Assembly (NCBI GenBank): GCA_037305845.1
Contig: CP147778.1
Coordinates: 1,984,001-2,048,000 of the forward strand
Reading direction: 5' to 3'
Origin: Candidatus Freyarchaeum deiterrae
GTDB taxonomy: Archaea > Asgardarchaeota > Jordiarchaeia > Jordiarchaeales > Jordiarchaeaceae
Length of the DNA stretch: 64,000 nucleotides
Shown: positions 18,035 to 27,945 of the stretch, one piece after another
Numbering within the stretch: the first letter of the stretch is position 1
Layout: every line of letters begins with the position of its first letter
Notes under the pieces: model-generated
Databases searched by the model: none
Seen by the model: only the letters and a program-made list of their open reading frames with translations
Told to the model about the DNA's origin: nothing
Program-made: the position numbers and the translations under genes

Positions 18035-19273
18035 TTGGAGGAAAAAGATGATTCTTGTGAAGTTCCAAATTTGGAATCAATTAAAGAGGAGGAGAAGCCA
18101 ACCCGAACAGTCTTCATAGATTACGTGTCAGGCAAGCCAGTAGACGAGCGAGTATTGGAAGCCATGCAACCGTACCACAGGGAAATTTTTGGTAATCCTT
18201 CTTCTTTACATATTTTTGGTGACCCACCAGTTGAGGCAATGGAGGATGCTAGAAAAAAGGTTGCCGACCTAATAGGCGCCAAAGATCCCAAAGAAATCGT
18301 ATTCACCTCTGGGGCAACAGAGTCCAACAATCTAGCACTAAAAGGAGTAGCCTTCAGAAACCAGAAAAAGGGAACCCACATTATAATATCCGCTCTAGAA
18401 CACATCTCAATCATAAACATAGCCAAAGACCTCGAAAAATTTGGCTTCAAGACCACACAAGTTGGAGTAGACAAATACGGAATCGTGGAATTCGACAAAT
18501 TAGAGAAACAAATCAAACCCGAAACACTCCTCATATCCATAAACTATGCCAACAACGAAATAGGAACCATAGAACCCGTAAAAGAAATCTCGAAAATGGC
18601 CCACGACCATAACGTATACCTGCACATGGACGCCGTAGCAGCCGAAGGACAGATACCCATTGATGTTCAAAAAGACGGAGTAGACCTACTAACACTATCC
18701 TCAAACGACATCTACGGACCACGCGGAATGGGAGCACTCTATATTAAAAACGGTGTCATGATAGAGCCCATAATACAGGGAGGCGGACAAGAAAGAGGGC
18801 TAAGATCAGGAACAGAAGACATACCCAGCATAGTAGGCATGGGGAAAGCCGCAGAAATCGCCAAAAAAGAAATGAAGAAAGACAGCACCAGAATACAAAA
18901 AATGAGAGACAGAATAATAAGCACCGTACTGGACACAATAGACAAATCATACCTTGACGGACACCCCACTCAGAGACTGCCCAACAACGCGCACTTCAGA
19001 TTCGACTACGTAGAAGGGGAAGCGATACTCCTAAGCCTAAACATGAGAGGAATAGCGGTATCAACCGGTTCGGCCTGCGCAGCAAAAAGACTAGAAGCCT
19101 CACACGTACTCTTATCTCTAGGGCTTCTAAAAGAAGAAACACATGGATCCCTAGAGTTAACACTAGGAAAGTACAACACAGAAGAAGACGTGGACTACGT
19201 ATTGGAGGCTCTACCACCAGTGATAGAGCGGCTCAGGAAACTATCCCCACTAACCCCAAAAAACGAAAAATAA
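18035..19273 (+). CDS. iscS: IscS/NifS-family cysteine-desulfurase homologue with the PLP Lys replaced by Asp
   Basis: GNPSSLH, FTSGATESNN, ANNEIGT, GGGQERGLRSGT, STGSAC; SSNDIYGPRG in place of SxHKxYGPKG. Confidence 0.93.
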   Translation: MEEKDDSCEVPNLESIKEEEKPTRTVFIDYVSGKPVDERVLEAMQPYHREIFGNPSSLHIFGDPPVEAMEDARKKVADLIGAKDPKEIVFTSGATESNNLALKGVAFRNQKKGTHIIISALEHISIINIAKDLEKFGFKTTQVGVDKYGIVEFDKLEKQIKPETLLISINYANNEIGTIEPVKEISKMAHDHNVYLHMDAVAAEGQIPIDVQKDGVDLLTLSSNDIYGPRGMGALYIKNGVMIEPIIQGGGQERGLRSGTEDIPSIVGMGKAAEIAKKEMKKDSTRIQKMRDRIISTVLDTIDKSYLDGHPTQRLPNNAHFRFDYVEGEAILLSLNMRGIAVSTGSACAAKRLEASHVLLSLGLLKEETHGSLELTLGKYNTEEDVDYVLEALPPVIERLRKLSPLTPKNEK

Positions 19274-19362
19274 AGCCCAACACAGTGTTCTACTTTCCTC
19301 TTACTTTTTAATCTCATCCTTGCCCCTAACATTTAATAAATTTAATCTTATCTAAATATCGC

Positions 19363-19773
19363 ATGGCAGCAGGCTATTCAATTAAATCATTAATAGAAAA
19401 ACTTGGAATTAGAGAAAGTTACAAAATTATCATTCTTAACCCTCCTAAGAATTACGGCGACACATTAGGAGAATTGCCAAAAAATGTCACTGTAACGAAT
19501 AAGCTAAAAGGGCCATTAAATTTTATTCATTTCTTCACCAAAAAAAGAGAAGAATTAGAAACCAAATTTCCAATCCTAAAACACGAACTTTCACGAACAG
19601 GAGTACTTTGGATTTCCTGGCCAAAGGTCTCATCAAAAATAGAAACTGATCTCAATGAAAATATAGTCAGAGAAATTGGACTGAAAAATGGCTTGGTAGA
19701 TGTAAAAATTATCGCTATAGATGGAGTCTGGTCGGGCCTGAAGTTCGTCTATAGATTGAAAGATAGAAAATAA
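19363..19773 (+). CDS. DUF3052-like protein
   Basis: GYS..SL..KLGI, LWISWPK.SSK..TDL.E..VR...L..GLVDVK..A.D..WSGLKFV.R. Confidence 0.8.
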   Translation: MAAGYSIKSLIEKLGIRESYKIIILNPPKNYGDTLGELPKNVTVTNKLKGPLNFIHFFTKKREELETKFPILKHELSRTGVLWISWPKVSSKIETDLNENIVREIGLKNGLVDVKIIAIDGVWSGLKFVYRLKDRK

Positions 19774-20008
19774 ATTTTTTGGGGTATAACTGGGAGAATA
19801 CGGAAATGAAACGTTTTTTTGAAATTGGCACGATAATGTTTATAAGGAACCTTCTGGTGTTTTAAATTGTGAGTTAACAATTGTAAAGAAAATCAACCAA
19901 AAACGAAAAGAAAAAAAGAAACCAAAAACACATAGAAAGTGGGAGAGGGAAAAAAACAAATTAAGGTAATCACACATAAAAATTGAATAATTATGGGAGG
20001 AATAAAAA

Positions 20009-21355
20009 TTGAAACCGACACAATATACTGAAAAAGTAAAAGAGCACTTTAAAAACCCGAAAAATGTAGGAGAAATACCAGACGCTGACGGCGTGGGAAT
20101 GGTAGGAAACCCCCTGTGCGGCGATATGATGCAGATGAACATAAAAGTCTCAAAAGACGGACGATTGGAAGATATAAAGTTCAAAACGTACGGGTGTGGA
20201 AGTGCAATAGCTACCAGTAGTATGATTACTGAGATGGCTATGGGTATGACTTTGGAGGAAGCTTTGAAGATTACCCGTAAGGATGTTGCGGATGAGTTAG
20301 AAGGTTTGCCTCCGATTAAAATGCATTGCAGTAATCTTGCTGCTGATGCTTTACATGCTGCTATCGAAGATTACATGCAGCGTAAAGAGCGAGGAGAGAC
20401 TGGTCCAAGAGTGAAGGCTGAGGGCACTTTCGATTATGATGTGATTGTCATTGGGGGTGGCCCTGCGGGTCTTACTGCCGCTATTCAGGCTGCTAGCAGG
20501 GGCCTAAGTGTAGTGGTTTTTGAGGGCAAGTCTTTGGGCGGCGTTTTGTCAACTCTGTATCCCAATAAGAAGATTATGAATTTCCCAGGGTTGCCTGAGA
20601 ATACTTTGGGCCGAGACTTTGTGACCTCCATGTTGAAGCAGGCACGCGATTTGGGAGTCGAGTTGAAGAACGAGTTTGTGAGCGATGTTTCTCCAGATAA
20701 GGTTGTTAAGACTACAATGGGCGAGTATCGCGCTATGGCTGTGATTATCGCTACTGGTACTCTTCCTCTGGCATGCGGTATTCCTGGGGAAAACGAGTTC
20801 AGTGATGGTGATAAGGGCATTTATTATTATGTGACTTATCCTGAGAAGTTCATGGGTAAGCGAGTGGTGGTTTATGGTAACGGAGATCAGGCTTTGGAGT
20901 CCGCTCTAGCTCTGGAACATATTGCTGATAAACTCACCTTCATTTACAAAGAGAAGGACCTTGTGGGCTTGGACCAAGATATTAAGACGGTCAAACGGTC
21001 TGATAGGATTAAGCTTTTATCGAATACAGAACTTGTGAAGATTGAGGGCACAGACACCGTGGAGAAAGTGACTCTGCACGATTTGGGTGAAGACGAGGAC
21101 TTCGACCTAGTGGTTGACAAAGTGGTTCTCGCGGTTGGAATGAAACCCAATACCGAAATTTACAGTAAACTGGGCGTTGAACTCGATGATAGAGGCTTCG
21201 TAAAGGTGGATAAGGATCAGAAAACCAACATCGAAGGAATTTATGCCGCCGGTGACTTAACAACCGACTTGCAGCTCTTGGTTGTGGCAATCTCTCAGGG
21301 TGCTGCTGCAGCCCATCGAGTTTCAGAGTACGTAAGGAAGCAAAAGGGTTTATAA
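20009..21355 (+). CDS. iscU: Fusion of IscU/NifU-N Fe-S scaffold with a TrxR-fold FAD/NAD(P)H oxidoreductase (FNR-like)
   Basis: N-term GNPLCGD, GCGSAIA, LPPIKMHCSNLA; C-term GGGPAG, LYP.K.I.NFPG, ATG, GNGDQA, GIYAAGD; no CxxC. Confidence 0.9.
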   Translation: MKPTQYTEKVKEHFKNPKNVGEIPDADGVGMVGNPLCGDMMQMNIKVSKDGRLEDIKFKTYGCGSAIATSSMITEMAMGMTLEEALKITRKDVADELEGLPPIKMHCSNLAADALHAAIEDYMQRKERGETGPRVKAEGTFDYDVIVIGGGPAGLTAAIQAASRGLSVVVFEGKSLGGVLSTLYPNKKIMNFPGLPENTLGRDFVTSMLKQARDLGVELKNEFVSDVSPDKVVKTTMGEYRAMAVIIATGTLPLACGIPGENEFSDGDKGIYYYVTYPEKFMGKRVVVYGNGDQALESALALEHIADKLTFIYKEKDLVGLDQDIKTVKRSDRIKLLSNTELVKIEGTDTVEKVTLHDLGEDEDFDLVVDKVVLAVGMKPNTEIYSKLGVELDDRGFVKVDKDQKTNIEGIYAAGDLTTDLQLLVVAISQGAAAAHRVSEYVRKQKGL

Positions 21356-21563
21356 ACTGGACACACAAATTCTCTAAGGGCACGCCTCCTTTATCTACCT
21401 CCTTCCTTTGGAATCCTCAATTAGTAACACCGCATTTTGAATTGCTGGCGTCTGTGTTATTAATGTTGAGGATTTGTATTGGAGGCGTGTTTCCTTTACC
21501 ATCATATCAGTTTGATGATTTCTAGATTTATTTTTTAGGCGTGACTTTTTTGGGGTTCTTATT

Positions 21564-22160
21564 ATGGTTGATTTCTGGAGTTTGGTTGAGGAAGCCGTGA
21601 ATTTTCATGGGCATATTTGTCCTGGCTTGTTGATTGGTGTTAGAATGGGTGTTGCTGCTATGAATCTCCTAGGCGTAGATCGAGCTTCTGATGAGGAAAT
21701 TTATGCGGTCGTTGAAAATGACAGCTGTGCACTAGACGGATTACAGGTTACTACTGGGGTTACATTTGGGAAAGGTAATTTGTCTTTTAGAGACTATGGC
21801 AAGATGGCTGCTACTTTTTACCTTCGAACAGAGAAGAAAGCAGTTAGGCTCCTTTTTAAACCTGATAGTTTCGGAAAGATTGGGAATGGAGATTTAGGTG
21901 AAGCTATTCATGAAGAGAACAAAGAAATAAAAATGTCAAAGTTTGCTAAGATTGCTAAGCGGTTCGGAGATTTGCCTGACGACGAGGTTTTTGAAATTAG
22001 CAATGTTGACATAGAAGAACCGAAGATGGCAGAAATTAGAAAATCAGTAAAATGCGAGAAGTGCGGAGAGGCGACCATGGAAACAAAGACGGTAATTAAG
22101 AATGGGAAGCGTTTATGTACTCCTTGTGCGGCTGGCAGGAACTATTATCGCGTTAAGTAG
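21564..22160 (+). CDS. fmdE: FmdE-family protein with C-terminal zinc finger
   Basis: FHGHICPG..IG.R, E.DSC..DG.Q..TG.TFGKGNL, CEKCGE...C.PC. Confidence 0.9.
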   Translation: MVDFWSLVEEAVNFHGHICPGLLIGVRMGVAAMNLLGVDRASDEEIYAVVENDSCALDGLQVTTGVTFGKGNLSFRDYGKMAATFYLRTEKKAVRLLFKPDSFGKIGNGDLGEAIHEENKEIKMSKFAKIAKRFGDLPDDEVFEISNVDIEEPKMAEIRKSVKCEKCGEATMETKTVIKNGKRLCTPCAAGRNYYRVK

Positions 22161-22621
22161 TAATTCCGCTCTTTTTTAACAAACGCTGGAGCCTCAGATT
22201 CAGGAATGCAGTCTGAAATCTTGATATAGGGTTTGAGATCTAGAACTGGTGTTCCGTTAAACGCGTCCAAACCTCTAACTTTCAGAACATTGTTTTTTCG
22301 ATTTTCCAGTTTCACTACTGTTAGGCCTATACAGTTTGGACGAATGGGGGATCTAGTGCTAAAAACTCCTCTGATAGTGATGTTCGGGTCGTTCCTAGGA
22401 TGCACTTTTAGTGGGAATGGTATGCCTGAGAGTTTATGTGTCCAGTAAATTACTATTATATGTGTGAAGTCTTCGATTCCTTCGAGTGCTTCTTCGAGTT
22501 CATTTTTGATAATAATTTTTGCCATGACTTCTCTCGGGTTGTAGTTGTGTTCAGGGTCAATGTCTGACTCGACATATCCTATGGGTTCGAAAACCACTTT
22601 TTCATATTTTTCGTCAGCCAT
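22145..22621 (-). CDS. tsaA: tRNA m6t6A37 methyltransferase TsaA/TrmO family
   Basis: PIG.V, GVFSTRSP.RPN.IGL, GLDA..GTPVLDLKPY. Confidence 0.92.
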   Translation of the reverse strand: MADEKYEKVVFEPIGYVESDIDPEHNYNPREVMAKIIIKNELEEALEGIEDFTHIIVIYWTHKLSGIPFPLKVHPRNDPNITIRGVFSTRSPIRPNCIGLTVVKLENRKNNVLKVRGLDAFNGTPVLDLKPYIKISDCIPESEAPAFVKKERNYYLTR

Positions 22622-22774
22622 GATTTTCTCTTTCCGGTCTGACCTTTTTTTATTTGGGGTAGAATACAGAAAAGCCGCCCTTTTTGTTTTTGTAGATTAT
22701 ATTTAGGCAAAGTTATTTATACTAAGCCATACTAAAGTCACTATCTGTTTTAAAACATCATTGGGGTTCTTGAT

Positions 22775-24361
22775 TTGCTGAAGAAGACCTGGTTGATGCT
22801 GATTGGCGTTATTATCTTAATCTTAGGAATGGTTATTGCTGTGGGTGTTTCTTTTACTCCCTATTTCAGGGAGGCGCCAATTAAGGCCCCTATAGTAAAC
22901 GTTGGTACTCCGCCGAATGGGGCTGCATTGGCGTTTCCAGGGGCTTCAATCGGAGATGGATACGGTATTTTCTCTTCGCCTGGCACTTCGCAGGTGCAGC
23001 TTCCCAACTATCCGTACACTATTTCTCCATTTGGGGGTCCTGCTGGAAGCAGTATTTTTATTGGAGGATACTTTTTTGCGAGTAGCCCTATTAACTTCAC
23101 CATAACCTCTCTTCTCCCAGGCAGCCCCGTAATTTTTAGTGCACAAAATGTTCAAGCTATGGGGTTCCTTACGCCTAACGCGTACTTTCCTTGGTTCTTC
23201 CAAATAAAGTGGGAAAATAGTAATAATGAGCCACTTATTGTTGTCGGAGAGAATTTGGCAGTTGATCCAATTTCACCTCTTTTAACATCCTTAAATCCCA
23301 GTTTCATTTTTAGCCTCGGACTAATTGCTGTAGGACTACTGCTCCTTGGTGGCGGCTTTTTTGAACCAAAAACAGAAACTGAGAAGCCCAAATTTCCGGA
23401 ATCTTTTGGCAGCTTCTCCGAGATACTCGGTTCTTCATGGCGAACTTGGAAAGCAGTTTTTTCTAGAGTCACCTTACCCTTCGCTATTCTTACAGCTCTT
23501 CAGATGTTCATTATTTCAATCGCCAGAACCCTTAACCAGCTTGTAACTTTTGACATAAATTCAATAATTAATCCCTTTTACTCATCGGTCCATAGAAACA
23601 ATTTGCTCCTACAGATTACCAGCTTTAGCACACCTATCATTTATTATGTAGTGGTTCTTTTCAGTTTCCTATTACTTCTAATGGCGGAAGGAATGGTAAT
23701 AAAATACGCCCATGATAGCATGACCGAAAGCGGAGCGTCTCTTAAGGGAAGCCTGAAAACTGGGGTCAGATCTTCTGGAAAATTGTTAGGCGCCTCTCTA
23801 CTACTAACGATGCTTCTAGTTGTGGGGTTAGTGGTTTTTGTGGTTCCGGTTGTAGAGTTCGTGCTTTTTGTAGTTCCGGGAATCTACTTAGCGGTAATTC
23901 TGTCTCTAATTCTTCAGGTAATAATAATTGAGAGAATAGACATAACCCGATCGATTTCTAGAAGTATAGAGTTAACCCGTGGAAAAAGGCTAGACACCTT
24001 TAAACTGGTGGTCTTCTGCGGTATAGTAATAATTTCGGTTCTCTTACTCTGTTATCTCATAGCATCTTACATAGCACCAACAGTACCCACAGTAATTAAT
24101 CCAGGAGATTACTTCAACACATCATCCGTAACCCTGTTTGTTAGCTTTTTACCTTCCATAATTGGATTTGGACTAATAGTAGGAGCAATAACCGCTATCA
24201 CTATTCCCTTCGTCAATATAGTGATGACCGTCTGGTACCTCCACCTAAACAAGCAAAAATCACAACAACCACAAATCCCAAAAGAAGAATCAAAAAAATT
24301 AAAAAGAACAAAACAGCGAGAACAACCAAAACAAAATGCAAATCAATTAAAGAATCCTTAA
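22775..24361 (+). CDS. Multi-pass membrane protein: N-terminal anchored exported domain plus C-terminal GPDPase-membrane-like helical bundle
   Basis: Several long hydrophobic segments; VPGIYLAV.LSL......E......SI.RS.ELTRG pattern. Confidence 0.7.
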   Translation: MLKKTWLMLIGVIILILGMVIAVGVSFTPYFREAPIKAPIVNVGTPPNGAALAFPGASIGDGYGIFSSPGTSQVQLPNYPYTISPFGGPAGSSIFIGGYFFASSPINFTITSLLPGSPVIFSAQNVQAMGFLTPNAYFPWFFQIKWENSNNEPLIVVGENLAVDPISPLLTSLNPSFIFSLGLIAVGLLLLGGGFFEPKTETEKPKFPESFGSFSEILGSSWRTWKAVFSRVTLPFAILTALQMFIISIARTLNQLVTFDINSIINPFYSSVHRNNLLLQITSFSTPIIYYVVVLFSFLLLLMAEGMVIKYAHDSMTESGASLKGSLKTGVRSSGKLLGASLLLTMLLVVGLVVFVVPVVEFVLFVVPGIYLAVILSLILQVIIIERIDITRSISRSIELTRGKRLDTFKLVVFCGIVIISVLLLCYLIASYIAPTVPTVINPGDYFNTSSVTLFVSFLPSIIGFGLIVGAITAITIPFVNIVMTVWYLHLNKQKSQQPQIPKEESKKLKRTKQREQPKQNANQLKNP

Positions 24362-24620
24362 AACCCAATTAACGCAAAAATGTTGATTACTTTTCTCTTC
24401 ATCTACAAAAATAAGGGTGATAAAGAAAAGCTAGATCTAGTCTAAATCCGTCTTCATTATTTTTTTTAAAAGAATCAGGAATTTGTGTTATACTGCTTCC
24501 TGGCCGGGGGTCTAGGTCTTTCTAAAGTCAAGAATGAAATTACCTCTCTCAGAGAATACATTCCTTAGCGTCTGACATTGGAAAAACGTTTCGACTGAAT
24601 TGTATTTGATTATTAGAAAT

Positions 24621-24637
24621 ATTTATATAGAAGTGCT
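24621..24637 (+). promoter_or_regulatory. TATA-containing 17-bp element ATTTATATAGAAGTGCT upstream of hsp20-thermosome
   Basis: Exact copy at 46176-46192 on the minus strand, upstream of the second thermosome gene. Confidence 0.7.
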
Positions 24638-24696
24638 GGTACAAGCCGACTAGAATTGAAAGGTGTTCTCCGTAGAAAAATTTGAGAGGGAAAAAA

Positions 24697-25262
24697 ATGA
24701 GTTTCTGGGACAGCCGGAGAAAACGCTATAGAGACATCTTCGATGAAATACGGGATATGTTTGAAGACATGGAAAGAAAATTTTTATCAGATTTCGCATT
24801 CCCTGAAATAGACTTGAGAGAACTGGAAAAACTCCCCAAAAGAAAACTTTCAGACGGAACAGAAATAACCGGGCCATTTGTGTGGGGATGGAGCATGAAT
24901 ATAGGACCCGACGGAAAACCTGAAATCAGGGAATTCGGCAACCTACCGAAAGAAGCTGATCAACGCGAACAAGGCTCCCTACTTGAAGGACTATCAGAGA
25001 CTAGAGAACCTCTCACAGATTTAGTAGAAACGGAGAACGAGGTAATAATTGTAGCTGAAACATCTGGAATAGAAAAGAATGAAATCAAAATAGATAGCAC
25101 AGAAAACGAATTGATATTAAAGCTGGTGATAAATTCTACAAGAACATCAAACTTCCCAGCCTAACTATCCCAGAAGAAGCTAAAGCCAGCTACAAAAATG
25201 GTATACTGGAAATAAAAATCCCTAAGAAAGAGAAAAAAGGAACTGGGATAAATATAGAATAA
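24697..25262 (+). pseudogene. hsp20: Archaeal small heat-shock protein Hsp20 with a single frameshift at about 25120 (pseudogene, recoding or sequence error)
   Basis: GPFVWGWSMNIGPDGKPEIREFGN, REPL.D. The -1 frame from 25122 continues AGDKFYKNIKLP....EEAKASYKNGILEIKIPK...INIE to a stop at 25262. Confidence 0.85.
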
Positions 25263-25318
25263 AAATCAAATCTAAAAGATAAACTGGAAAAATAAATTAA
25301 TAATTTGGAGGAATAAAA

Positions 25319-26983
25319 ATGGCTCAACTCGGAGGAGTCCCCGTATTAATTCTTAAAGAAGGCGCAGAAAGAACTCGCGGAAGAGACGCACAAAGATCAA
25401 ACATTATGGCGGCTCGAGTGATAGCTGAAGCAGTAAGAAGCACCTTGGGACCAAGAGGTATGGACAAAATGCTAGTAGATAGCTTGGGAGATGTAACCAT
25501 CACAAATGATGGTGCAGCAATTCTAAATGAAATAGATGTTCAGCACCCCGCAGCGAAGATGCTGGTCGGAGTAGCTAAAACGCAGGATGACGAAGTTGGA
25601 GACGGAACGACTACCGCTGTGGTTATAGCTGGAGAGCTGCTGAAGCGGGCTGAGGAACTCCTTGATCAAAAAATACATCCAACTCTTATAGTAAGCGGAT
25701 ACAAAAAGGCAGCCGATAAGGCGAAGGAAATCTTGGACGAGATAGCGATTAGTGTTGATCCTAGTGATGAAGAAACTCTTAGAAAGATCGCGGTTACTTC
25801 CATGAATAGCAAATCTGTGCTCGGGGCGAAAGAACATTTTGCCCAAATTTCGGTGGACGCCATGAGACAGATTACCGAAGAAAAGGAAGGTAAACTTGTA
25901 GCTAACAGAGACATGGTTAACGTAATCAAAAAACAGGGAAAAAGCATTCTAGAGACAGAACTGGTACAGGGCATGGTAGTAGATAAAGAATTGGTACACC
26001 CCGCTATGTCCAAAACAATCAAAAACGCAAAAATAGCGCTCTTGGATGCAGCAGTAGAAATTGAAAAAACAGAATTCGACGCAGAAATCCGAATAAGCGA
26101 CCCAAGCCAGATGCAGGCTTTCCTTGATGAAGAACAAAGCTTACTTAAACAAATGGTTGAAAGCATCAAGGAAAGTGGGGCGAACGTCTTATTCTGCCAG
26201 AAGGGTATAGACGACACTGCGCAGAGTTACTTGGCGAAGGCCGGCATAGCCGCAGTTCGCAGAGTTAAGAAGTCTGACATGGAGAAGTTAGCTAAGGCTA
26301 CTGGTGCCACTGTTGTTACAAACTTGAAGGAGCTCAAACCTGAAGACTTGGGTGAAGCTGGTATTGTTGAGGAAGTTAAGCTTGCGAATGATAAAGTGGT
26401 TTATGTTCGTGACTGTAAAAATCCTAAAGCAGTGACCATTGTGGTTCGTGGCGGTACTGAACATGTTGTGGCCGAAGGTGAGCGTGCTCTGAACGATGCC
26501 CTTAGTGTGGTTAGGGATGCAATTGAAGACCAAAAGATGGTTGCCGGAGGCGGCGCACCTGAGGTCGAGCTTGCGAAGCGTTTAAGAGATTACGCTGAGT
26601 CCATCGGTGGTCGTGAGCAACTCGCTATTGAAGCTTTTGCTGAGTCTCTTGAGATCATTCCCAGGACCCTTGCTGAGAACGCTGGTCACGATCAGCTAAA
26701 CCTCCTTATGAAGCTTCGTGCAGCTCATGAGAAAGACGGCCTTTGGATGGGCGTTAACATTATTACTGGTGATGCCTCTGATATGTTAGAGGCGGGTGTT
26801 GTTGAACCGCTGCGTGTTAAGAAGCAGGCTATCGTTTCAGCTAGTGAGGCTGCTGAGATGATTCTCAGGATTGATGATGTCATAGCTTCGAAGTCTCATC
26901 CTGCACCCGAGGCTGGCCCGGGAGGTATGCCCGGTAGGGGCGGTATGCCACCAGGAATGCCACCCGGAATGGGCATGATGTAA
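25319..26983 (+). CDS. ths: Thermosome (group II chaperonin) subunit
   Basis: [32 protein letters not shown]-rich tail. Confidence 0.98.
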   Translation: MAQLGGVPVLILKEGAERTRGRDAQRSNIMAARVIAEAVRSTLGPRGMDKMLVDSLGDVTITNDGAAILNEIDVQHPAAKMLVGVAKTQDDEVGDGTTTAVVIAGELLKRAEELLDQKIHPTLIVSGYKKAADKAKEILDEIAISVDPSDEETLRKIAVTSMNSKSVLGAKEHFAQISVDAMRQITEEKEGKLVANRDMVNVIKKQGKSILETELVQGMVVDKELVHPAMSKTIKNAKIALLDAAVEIEKTEFDAEIRISDPSQMQAFLDEEQSLLKQMVESIKESGANVLFCQKGIDDTAQSYLAKAGIAAVRRVKKSDMEKLAKATGATVVTNLKELKPEDLGEAGIVEEVKLANDKVVYVRDCKNPKAVTIVVRGGTEHVVAEGERALNDALSVVRDAIEDQKMVAGGGAPEVELAKRLRDYAESIGGREQLAIEAFAESLEIIPRTLAENAGHDQLNLLMKLRAAHEKDGLWMGVNIITGDASDMLEAGVVEPLRVKKQAIVSASEAAEMILRIDDVIASKSHPAPEAGPGGMPGRGGMPPGMPPGMGMM

Positions 26984-27119
26984 TTAAGTCTCTTTTTCTC
27001 CTTTTTTTATCTATTTTTTGACTTGTTTTCGATGTTTTTGGATTTTCGGTCCTGTTTTTCGAAAAGTTTTTAGAGGTAATTTACATATCGGAGTACAATT
27101 TCCGAGTTCGGTGGTCTTG

Positions 27120-27512
27120 ATGGACGCGTTTACTGTTTTATTTGATCCGCTTCTGTTTTACTTGAGTTTGTCTTTGATTATAGCGTATGCTGTTCTTAGT
27201 GGCTTGTCGGTAGCGGTTTTTGTTAAGAGGAGAAAAAGAATGCTTATTGCCCTCGCGGCTTCATTTTTGATTTTGATGGTGATTGGACTTGGATCTTTCT
27301 ATTTTGAACCTCCCACACTAAATTGGTCTTATTATTATCTTGTTGAAAATTTTGATTGGTTAAAACTTGGTTTGGATTACACGAATTTCGCTCAGCAAGA
27401 GCTCTGGCTAATATTTCAATCATTCAATTTTCTTGCTATAATCACTTTTGGTGTGGCCATGATTCTTGCGGGTAGGAGTAGAAGTGAGCTGGGTAAGGCG
27501 GAGAAAAAATGA
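27120..27512 (+). CDS. Small hypothetical membrane protein (about 3 TM)
   Basis: Hydrophobic ORF; ATG at 27120; overlaps the next gene (ATGA). Confidence 0.6.
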   Translation: MDAFTVLFDPLLFYLSLSLIIAYAVLSGLSVAVFVKRRKRMLIALAASFLILMVIGLGSFYFEPPTLNWSYYYLVENFDWLKLGLDYTNFAQQELWLIFQSFNFLAIITFGVAMILAGRSRSELGKAEKK

Positions 27513-27868
27513 GTTTCACGTTTGATGTCGCCTCTGTTTTGGCGATTGCTATAGGATGTGGCTACATACTTCTGGCTGGTGTAGCTTATTTCTCGTATGA
27601 GAAATCCGGCTCCAAGACTCTTCTGATATTTATTGGCGCTTTTGTTATGCTATTCTTTATGAATTTATATGGAGGTGTAGCTGGGGCTTATCACCCCTTT
27701 GATAGTACTTTTTCAAGCCTCTTACTTGGTGGGTTTACTTTCAATGGGTTCTCGACTAGTACAATGGTAGAAATATTGTCGGATATCACAATTAAAAACA
27801 CATTTGCGTTTGACATTATGGGTGTATCTGCGATTATTCTGTTTGTAATCGCTCTATTCAAGGCATAA
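27509..27868 (+). CDS. Small hypothetical membrane protein (about 3 TM), possibly paralogous to the upstream gene
   Basis: Similar TM1-loop-TM2 spacing to the preceding ORF; translationally coupled. Confidence 0.65.
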   Translation: MSFTFDVASVLAIAIGCGYILLAGVAYFSYEKSGSKTLLIFIGAFVMLFFMNLYGGVAGAYHPFDSTFSSLLLGGFTFNGFSTSTMVEILSDITIKNTFAFDIMGVSAIILFVIALFKA

Positions 27869-27945
27869 CCCTTTAAAATAAGTATTCAACAATTTTTAAT
27901 TAACACACTGATAACCAATGGATATGAAATGAAATCAGAGCACTA

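Noticed and set aside
20430-21355. Thioredoxin reductase call
   Set aside because: The redox-active CxxC is absent.
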